Below, in pieces: positions 1 to 8,122 of a stretch of DNA of 21,490 nt (its first letter is position 1; the number at the start of each line of letters is the position of its first letter). Under the pieces are notes generated by a model. It was not told the DNA's origin. It was given only the letters and a program-made list of their open reading frames with translations, and did not search any database. The stretch spans positions 124,001-145,490 of the forward strand of contig JAVECO010000037.1 of assembly GCA_051942205.1 (NCBI GenBank). Reading direction: 5' to 3'. This DNA is from Coniocarpon cinnabarinum. Taxonomy: Eukaryota. A program made the position numbers and the translations under genes.

Positions 1-376
1 CGGCTGATACGCGGATGTTAATGTTTGCGAGGAGATCATTCCAGGCGTTGTCCGTTTCCACTGATCGATTTCCCGCGAAAAGGCTTTCAGCTGCGATTGT
101 AAAGTTGAGGCTGTAGCTGTCTGCTTGTTGAAGCCCTGATACTCATTAGCTATTGCGCGCAAGCCATATTTACCATCATGGTGTCATGCCTCTCAATCCG
201 TGTTTCGAGTTTAGGAGCAGGACAAAGGATGCTGTGTAGAGTGTGAAAATGAGCGTATGCATCAGAAATGCAGCCTTGTGAAGCCTCCATGTTTGGACTC
301 TTCGCGCAGGGGCAGATACTTCACCGAGGAACGGCTCTTTTGCAGGGTCTAGGTTCGGTTGCGAGAAGGTCTTCAT
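1..376 (-). CDS. DUF3328/UstYa-family oxidase #1 (5' part only, runs off the left edge); exons 376-190 and 135-<1
   Basis: Exon 1 encodes an N-terminal TM anchor (AAFLMHTLIFTLYTASFVLLL). After a 54-nt intron (189-136; GCATGA donor, GCTAAT branch, CAG acceptor) the frame reads GLQQADSYSLNFTIAAESLFAGNRSVETDNAWNDLLANINIRVSA. This matches the typical UstYa segment 'S.FAG.PS.E.D.AW.DLL..NIRVS'. The HXXHC motifs would lie outside the window. Confidence 0.8.
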
Positions 377-877
377 AGCTAAAAACGGTGCATGGAGGAT
401 GCTCAGAAGAAGAAACAGAAGACGGCACAGTGGATGACGTTGTGCGCAACTGTTGCAACCTTACATCGCCTGACCGTTAGCAAGAGGCAAGAGTGGCTGT
501 GTAACAACAAGTCGAAATGATACGAGTCGGACCGACAGCCTCCAAGGGTCACAACTGATCGTGGGGTAGAGAAGCCGGTACCACTAGATGGGTATTTCAG
601 AGCTCGAGCATTGATTCGCCTCGTACCATGCCTCTAGGAGCTCATAGGCCACTCAACGTCTCGAATATGCCTCGCGCAATTTGTCGCCCAGATCTTGGAA
701 AAAGCCTGACCCCGCTGCCATGGGATGGCTTGAACGTCGGCTTCCTTCCTTGGGGTCTCGTTAATGGCAAAAGATATGTAAGCGCCGTCTTCTTCAAACC
801 ATTCGCAAAAATCTCCGCTCAATCGATGACCTAAACCACCCATTTCACGCGTCTTGCAGCCTCAATTTCTAAAGACC

Positions 878-1296
878 ATGAAATTTGGCATTGCACTGCT
901 GGCTCTCGCAGCGCATGGGGCTTTTGCGTTGACGGCACCAATACTCAATCTCGGTAAGTAAATTAGAAGTATTTGCCTTTGTAATTTGCTAAAAATGCCC
1001 TTTACGAAGTAGCTACAGATGTTGGCGATTCCGATCTTCCTAGGCCGCAAATGAACGTGGCAACTCGCTCGTACAATTCAGATGTCGAAAGCCCAGGTGC
1101 ACATGTCAATGCAAGAGTTGGGACCGCGCAAGAAGACGACGACATGGTTGCTTGGCCAGACTACCGCAAAAGAGAGGATGATGCTGGAGATGTGGAGAGC
1201 GAGGACGAGATGGTTGCTTGGCCCGACTATCGCAAGCGGGCGGAGAGCGTTGACGAAGAGGACGACATGGTGGCTTGGCCAGACTACCGAAGCTAG
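878..1296 (+). CDS. Fungal RiPP precursor / Kex2-processed repeat protein (UstA-like), about 117-120 aa, with three MVAWPDY cores; exons 878-953 and about 1013/1019-1296
   Basis: ATG 878 starts the signal-peptide-like MKFGIALLALAAHGAFALTAPILNL. The GTAAGT donor is at 954, with in-frame acceptors at 1009, 1012 and 1018. Exon 2 ends ...QEDDD-MVAWPDY-RKR-EDDAGDVESEDE-MVAWPDY-RKR-AESVDEEDD-MVAWPDY-RS*. Acidic spacers, dibasic sites and neighbouring DUF3328 genes are the standard dikaritin architecture. Confidence 0.92.
1144..1293 (+). repeat. Three coding repeats of the core peptide MVAWPDY(R) at 1144-1164, 1210-1230 and 1267-1287
   Basis: The copies read atg gtt gct tgg cca gac tac / atg gtt gct tgg ccc gac tat / atg gtg gct tgg cca gac tac. 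They differ only at synonymous sites. Confidence 0.95.
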
Positions 1297-1866
1297 ACCA
1301 ATGCAGCATACTGAACGGGTTGGCAGGTTGAAATCCACAAATACTCTTCTTTGGCCTTCGGTTTCATTGCGCCCACTGCTTACTATCATTGGAGCAGCAA
1401 GTCTTTGTTAGCAAGTCAACATGCTGATCTGCAGTGGAGTGGTAATGCAGGGCGCACGGGCAGGACAGGGGAGTGCCCTAGCAGTGAGCACAGTGTGCGG
1501 AGGACAACAATCAGCCTGCCTGCAACGATCTCCCATGCAAGGAAGCACCTACCTTGCACGAGCGACAGCCAGCCACAAGTTTCGAGCTCCGTTATGATCC
1601 ACATCCGGCAAATTTTTTGCCTGCGGCTGTGCGCTTCTCGCCGGCTACATGTTTACGCCTTCCAGTGCCGCCCTGCAACATGAGCGACAGTACCGCTAAG
1701 CTGCGCGTGCCACAAAAGGTCGTACTGCAGGACTCTGTGGCCATAGCTTGAAACATGAAACTTCCACCAGACGTAGAGGCGAGCAGAAAAGGCGTGGCGT
1801 TGCCTTTGCAAATGCTCCACATTCTCAAGATCGCGAAACGAACCAACGCCGCTGCTTCTCTTCAGC

Positions 1867-3203
1867 ATGGATCACAAACATAGTCCACGAGGACTCCACT
1901 ATGGCTATTCCAAAGCGAATCTGGGTATCAGCATCGTATTTGGTTTTCTCGCTTTGGTCGCCGTTTGTTTGAGGGTTCTTGCGCGCCGCATGAGTGGGTT
2001 CTATCTCGGACTCGATGACTATGTTATTTTTGTAGTTCTCGTGAGCCAACTTCGCCTTGGGTGTTTGCAAGACTGCCCTCACACTGCTCCAGCTTTTGTG
2101 TCTTGGTCTTTGTATCATGGCAGCTTGGGCATCTGTCAACGGCGGCCTCAGAGCACCGCAGAGAGCGACAACGCCCGACGTTGCTGTAGCCTTTCTCAAG
2201 GTGGGCAAAAAAACCATCTCGGTGCCTCATGTCAAGATGCTGAACATCATCAGGTGACGTGGGCTCAAGAGCTGATCTCCACCCCAGCAATTGGCTTGAT
2301 TAAAGTCTCCGTGTGCTTATTCTACAAGCGCATTTTCGCGGTCAAAAGGTTCAGGTTTTATGCGAACATAATGATTGCCTCTGCGATCTGCTGGTCGATA
2401 GCTTTCACTTGTGTAGGTCTCGCCGAGATGGCTCGGAGGCGACTTGGACTGAGCCTCATAGACTTTGGCGTTCAATCTTATACCTTTTCCGCTTGAGTGG
2501 TCACTGACTCCAGATCGACCACACAACCTGAACTTTGCAGCCATGCTGATTGCCATGGGTGCCACCGACTTGGCTTTGGACATCACGATTTTGAGCATGC
2601 CTGTACCCATGATCAGGAACTTGCATATGCCGCGGAAGAAGAAATTCATGACCGGTGGTATCTTTGGTCTTGGCGCTTTGTGTGTCGAATCCAGTCTTTG
2701 CTCGTTGGATCCGCTAATTGATAGCTTCACAGCTGCGTTGTAGCTTCAGCTGTACGACTGGCATACATAGTCAAATTTCTCTTCGTCTATGGTACTGATG
2801 ATGCTTTCTCGAGTACGTGGCGGCAACCTTGTTGTTGATGGTAGCTGACACTCGAATAGGGGACGAGAATCAGATCGCTATTTGGTCGAACATTGAACCA
2901 TGCGCATCTGTGATCGCAGCCTGCTTGCCTACATTCGGACCCTTCTTCAGAGTCGACTTTGACAACAGTTCAATGTCTGGCGCATTGAAACACTACGCCT
3001 CGAAACTGTCCACTCGAAGCCTGTTTCGTTCCCATGACCAATCATCCCAGCACTCTCAACGCGCTACGTCTCAAGAGACTGATGAGGCCAGCAGAACTAC
3101 GTTCGAATCGCGTCCCTCACAACAGAAAGAAGCCAGCAACTCCACTTTCGAACTGCATCCAATTCAGAGGGAGGGAGAAGGGCTAACAGACTGTGGTGTT
3201 TGA
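1867..3203 (+). CDS. Pth11-like / fungal rhodopsin-domain integral membrane protein without CFEM; exons about 1867-2040, 2093-2200, 2254-2412, 2462-2679, 2733-2812, 2860-3203
   Basis: The spliced product has the family motifs AVCLRVLARR..LGLDDY, LIKVSVCLFYKRIF, DLALDITILSMPVPMIRNLHMPRKKK, FGLGAFCVVASAVRLAY and IWSNIEPCASVIAACLPT. All five introns are GT-AG, about 47-53 nt, and restore frame. Confidence 0.88.
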
Positions 3204-3443
3204 TGTGAGAATAGCGTTAGTGTCACAATGGTGATATCCGCGAATCTATGCCGATGCTACACGAACATCTTGACAATGATTGGTCGTGCGAAGACGCGGA
3301 GAGCCTTATCGAGGATGACTAAGTGCGAGTCGGAGTCTTGTTGTCCCAAGGAAAGTACAATGTGAAAATCACCATTAGCGTCCTGATCCGTGACCCGCCG
3401 GTCATAATACCAGATACGTCGTTCTGCTTCGCTGGCGTGAGTA

Positions 3444-4454
3444 TTACAGTCCTGGCTCGCTCCCCTTGAAAGAATCCCAGTATCTGGGAATAGTATCAAT
3501 ATCTTGTCGTGGTGTGCTGTCCCATTCAGGACCTAAACGGAAATACTTCCGCATCCGTGCATCGAAGTTTCGTCCCAGCTCAGTGTTAGGGCAATATCTG
3601 AACCGTTGTAGAATGGCAGACACTCCTTGAGTCTCATTGATGTACGAGAAACAACTAGATTGACTCTCTGCCCATGCTTGAAGCTTACTCCAGCTTCGAC
3701 ACTGCCGTTTTTGACCAAGTCCAGTTGATGAGTTATGCTTTGGAATGGTATATAGAGGCGTGTCATCGGCTTCGCACAGAATGTTTTGCAGCAGATGATC
3801 CATGCAGTGCACTAAGTGAGGATAGGAATCCATTTGGCTCATGTTGTACTGAGACAACACAATGCTCCGACGAAGTTTGCGCTGGTAATATCAGCAACAA
3901 CACTTTTAAAACAAGAAGCGGATCTCGGTACTGACCAGACAATGAAGGTTGTGATGGCCATTGACAAGGTAGATACTCCTTTGGCGTTTGTCCCAGAAAA
4001 ACGGCGTGGAGTTTGGCAGACCTTGCGTCACTGCCCAGGAGTTTTCCACAGCGATTTCTCCAGCACTTGTGTCGAGGCTTTCCCAGCGTATGCTGCGCTG
4101 TCTCTCATCAATCGCACCGAGACCAAATTCAGACGAGGAATTAAACACGCTTTGAACGTTTCGTTCGAGTTTTGCTATCGGCTTTGAGCGAAAGAACCGA
4201 ATGAGACGCACATGTTACTCACCGTATGCACTGGTTGGCACTCGCATTGCAATCGCCCAAGTAGATAGCAAAATGCCACAGAGTACTATGTTAAGACACA
4301 TCGACATGAAACATGCCGTATAAACTGCACTCGTTTGAATTCGTGGGTTTCGTCTTCCACTGTTAAATTTACCACAGTTCTCATAGTAGTCCTCTTGATG
4401 TTTATGATCGAGGAACGGCTGCTCGATCGACGTTCTTGGTGAAACGGAAGACAT
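3444..4454 (-). CDS. DUF3328/UstYa-family oxidase #2; exons 4454-4223, 4174-3936, 3881-3444
   Basis: N-terminal TM (CFMSMCLNIVLCGILLSTWAI), then 'GLPNSTPFFWDK..SIYLVNGHHNLHCL' (HXXHC #1), 'HLVHCMDHLLQNILCEADDTPLY' (HXXHC #2) and 'GLGQKRQCRSWSKLQAWA'. GT-AG introns at 4222-4175 and 3935-3882 restore frame. Confidence 0.92.
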
Positions 4455-4832
4455 CAGTGTTCGCGGTTGGAAGCTTCTTGGGCAATGTACACCGACTGTT
4501 CGAGAGCCTGGGTAGGTATGGAACTGCGAACGCATTTTCACGCTGTGACTGGGCATCACTACGCGTTCTGAAGTGGGCGAATTCCATTTCCCCATGCAGT
4601 CACAGAGGGTGAGTGGAGCTGCTGCCCAGTGCCAGCGGACACTCCCTGTACGTTCTGAACACCTGACTACGCCGTCACCCCCTGCTAGTTCATGGACCAA
4701 TCGTTTGCCGCCCAAAATATGCCTCTTCAGGGCGCGTCAGTGAACGCGGCATAGTTGTCTCACCAGATGTGGGGAAAATCGCGCCCTGCGAGCGCTCAAT
4801 CAACATCTCCTTCCACGCTTCTGTGCCGCCCC

Positions 4833-5568
4833 TCAAGGTTTCCAGTTCTCCCATGTTGACATGAACTGCAGCAGCTGGGCGTAGTTCTTGCATACGTGTG
4901 ACACACCGAAGCCTTTGGAGGCCGAGATAGCTGGGTCCACCTCCTCTATTGTGAGATCAGCGTGACACATCAGAGACCGCCGAAGCAGATCGATGCAGTG
5001 GCGGACATGTGGTGGTCGCAACATCTCATCGAGACCCTCAATGTCAACGGACGAGTTGTCGCTTCGCGCAAATTCGAAGATTGCCCAGTACGACTTTCTG
5101 ATGCCATTCTGCCGTGGTGTAAACAGATGCGTTTGCCCATTGGACCTGTTTACTTTCGTTTCGACATGAACTGACTAGACAATGTAATTGATGGAAAACT
5201 GAGAAGCCGGATCGCTCAGGCGCTATTTCTGGATGCCGGAAAAAACCACCCTGATCAGGGAACAATGCATCCCAAGCAATGTCCGAATGAGCTGTTGATT
5301 GCGCGTACGAGCCATTGTACGTAAATAATTCTGACGCGCTTTGTACTGGGGTCACAACATCAGAGCTGTCCATAATTTGCTGGTCAAATGTATGCCTACA
5401 GTCCGGCGGAGGGATATGCAGTGAGCTCGTCCCCGTCGTCACTAGCCAAGTGGTTGAGCTAGAAAGGAGAATAACCATAAAGTACCAGCGCAATGCCTTA
5501 ATGGTTTCGAGCCATGTTCGGGAAGACAACTTGCCAGTTCCAAGAAGGTGATATTGATAGTCCCGCAT
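4833..5568 (-). CDS. DUF3328/UstYa-family oxidase #3; exons 5568-5176 and 5108-4833
   Basis: N-terminal hydrophobic anchor, then 'DIAWDALFPDQGGFF', 'FSVFHQLHCL' / 'NGIRKSY' across the intron, 'HVRHCIDLLRRSLMCHADLTIE' and 'GFGVSHVCKNYAQL'. Both HXXHC motifs are present. Confidence 0.92.
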
Positions 5569-5782
5569 GTCTGGAGGATAGGCTGAAGGTGGAGCTGGCA
5601 GCCTGCACTGCCCAGTATTTATGCTAGACGTGATTTTGGAAGACAGGGAAAGCATTGAACTAGAGCAGAGTGTGCAGCAGGTCTTTTGAGTCACCTGCAA
5701 CTTCGTGCCCACCAAAAGTAGGCTGCCGCTAAACCGTTGAAGGTAAGGTGGGTGTTTCTCTGGATGTCTAAAGCCGGTGGCG

Positions 5783-7420
5783 ATGCCCCCCAACACTGTC
5801 CGTCACTTTCCGTCCATAATGCTGCCGGAGAGCATTTTCATCATTCTCGCAGTCGCTACAATTTCGCTTTGGGCCAGAACTTGGCAACACGCCAGGCATC
5901 GACGTCGACATGGCTATGAGCCAGCTCCTCGGTACAGACACACCGACCCATTCTTTGGCTTCGATCTTTTTCTCAAGACTGGGAAGGATTACGGAGAAAA
6001 CCGTTACTTGCCTGAGTTGTCGAAGCTGTTTGCGCAATATGGCAATACTTTCGAAGCCATCAGCGTCGGCAAACGAAGCATTTATACCATCGAGCCAGAA
6101 AACCTACGAAGCATTTTTGTAGACAATGCGCGTACCTGGGGGGTCGAGCCTATCAGACTAGCTCCAATGGAACCATTTTGTGGACGTGGATTTCTAACAG
6201 TAGACGGCGACCTCTGGCATCGGTCGCGGAGACTGTTTGGACCAAGTTTTGAGAAAAGAGCGATTGCCGATTTCACGGCGCTAGAGAGCTTCGTGGAGAA
6301 AATGCTTCCTCGTATTCCTCGGGATGGATCAACGGTTGACATGCAGCCTTTACTGTCTTCATTGGTAAGTTCAACGGTGTTGCCAAATGCTGCTTAGAAG
6401 TGCTCAAAAAATCCTCTAGTTCATCGATGCTACGACACTCTTTCTTTTCGGAGAGAGCATTGGTCAGCTCGCCGAATCAATAGACAGCACTCGAGTTTCC
6501 AAGGCGTTTGACGAAGCGATGTACGGTTCCGGCATGCGTATCGCCATGGGTCCACTAGGCTTTTTGGCTAAGAGCAATAAATGGTTGAAGGCCTGCCAAG
6601 AGTGTCAGTCATTTGCGGACCAATATGTCCAGAAGGCAATTCGGTATCGCCACGAGTTGCAATCTGGAGCTGCTCGTAGGAAGCAATCGAAGAACATTCT
6701 GCTATACAGCTTAGCTGAAAATTTAGACGACACGGAGTTCTTGCGCAATAACATCCTTCAAGCGTTTTTTGTGAGTCAAGGTACAACTGCTAATTGCGTT
6801 TCAAATGTCCTGTGGCTGGTGGCGCGGCAACCGTGGATCTGGCAAACGATGCGACAAGAAGCTTTGGGAAAGACTCCCGCAACCGATCCACCAACTTTTG
6901 ACCAACTACAACATATGTCGTTTCTCCGAAAGGTGATTAACGAAGGTATGATCGCCACCCGGGCAGTTGTGTCTTCTTTGCTGACCCGGCAGCACTCCGC
7001 CTCTTGCCAGTTCTGCCACAAAATAACCGCGTGGCTCTTGCTAATACCACGCTTCCGGTGGGCGGCGGTCCACGGGGCAAATCTCCGATCTATGTTGCAG
7101 CCGGCACGATGGTATGTGTGAGCTACTATACTTTGCACCGACAGGAAAGACATTGGGGACCAGACGCAGCCCAATTCAAGCCTACGCGATGGGATGACGA
7201 CGTCGCAAGTGGTCAGGCGTACCCATATCTGCCGTTCGGCGCTGGGCCGCGACAATGTATAGGTCGTGAGAAGGCCCTGATGGAAGCGTCATATGTCCTT
7301 GTCCGGCTTTTGCAGTGTTTTCCCCATATCGAGAGCCGTGACAGTCGAGTATGGCAAGGCCACGTCCAGCTCTCAGCGCAGAACTTGCATGGTTGCAAAG
7401 TCGCTTTCACGGCCATCTAG
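5783..7420 (+). CDS. Cytochrome P450, CYP52-clan-like; exons about 5783 (or 5819)-6364, 6420-6945, 6993-7420
   Basis: N-terminal TM (IFIILAVATISLW), 'IYTIEPENLRSI', 'GRGFLTVDGDLWHRSRRLFGPSF', 'FIDATTLFLFGES', ExxR (INEALRL across intron 2), 'FKPTRW' and the heme motif PFGAGPRQCIG. GT-AG introns at 6365-6419 and 6946-6992. Confidence 0.93.
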
Positions 7421-8122
7421 CTTGTTGGTCCCTTGCCATAGAGAAGCAGCGACGATGCGGGGACGTGCTCTCAAGAAAGAGCATTCGGTTCGCGGAACCG
7501 GAAACATCGTTTGCGGAACCGTCGGGAAATGGACCTTTGGTATAGACACCTCTGAACGCGGTAGAAGGATGCTGCTTTGGGCTCTTAACTCCTTATGGAA
7601 TGCTTACAATGGCTACATGACGCTTTTCCATTGGCCTTCCGGCACAACACGCCGAGCTTGTTGAGTCGCGCCCCGGCTGCATCGCAGCTCAGATCGGAAG
7701 GGCAAGGGAACGAGATATGGCAGCCATCGTAGTTGAGTGCGCACGCAGAGCAAACAGATTCAGGCAGGGTAATGAAAGAAGTTACAAAAAAAAGGATATC
7801 GACTGGACGTAACGACTTGGATGTGGACAGCTACGCCAGCAGAGCAAATGAGCAAGCGGTACGGTCATTTAAAATGCGGTGGCGTGCGTGTAAACACATC
7901 ATATATTCATCAATGAGATCAAGCATTCCGAGGCGGATGCAACCGCCGCTGTGCATTATATTTCATCAGATCAAGCTATATGCAGTCATTAATAGTCGTT
8001 GTCGAATCGTCGAATCGAAACCCCAGAATTGTCCCCAGAGCGCCTGTACAGAACAACAATCGTCGAACGCTAGACAATCTTCAACGGAAGTTTCGAATCA
8101 TTCCTGTAGACGAGACACCACA

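Larger units (their letters stand above)
1..7420. other. Dikaritin-type fungal RiPP biosynthetic gene cluster (partial; continues left of the window)
   Basis: A repeat precursor, three DUF3328 genes, a P450 and a membrane protein are packed into 7.4 kb with short intergenic gaps and two divergent gene pairs. Confidence 0.85.

Noticed and set aside
878..1296. Precursor as an alpha-factor-like mating pheromone gene
   Set aside because: Filamentous-ascomycete alpha-type pheromones typically have Cys-containing cores (WC...GQPCW-like) and X-A/X-P dipeptide spacers. This core has no Cys, the spacers are acidic runs, and DUF3328 genes flank it.
1135..1296. Repeat-spacer-repeat pattern as a CRISPR-like array
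   Set aside because: The context is eukaryotic and intron-containing, there are no cas genes, and the repeats are in-frame coding units varying only at third codon positions.
1351..1868. Short overlapping ORFs between the precursor and the membrane-protein gene
   Set aside because: No domain features, signal peptides or consistent splice structure. Treated as intergenic/UTR.
468..5725. Recurrent (C)AGCCT(G) word in cluster intergenic regions as a shared regulator site
   Set aside because: A 5-6-mer without fixed spacing or CGG-pair structure cannot be distinguished from chance without a statistical test.
5569..5796. N-terminal extension of the 250-aa ORF 5044-5796
   Set aside because: It starts at a non-ATG codon and overlaps the P450 start. 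ATG 5568 gives a normal UstYa N-terminus.
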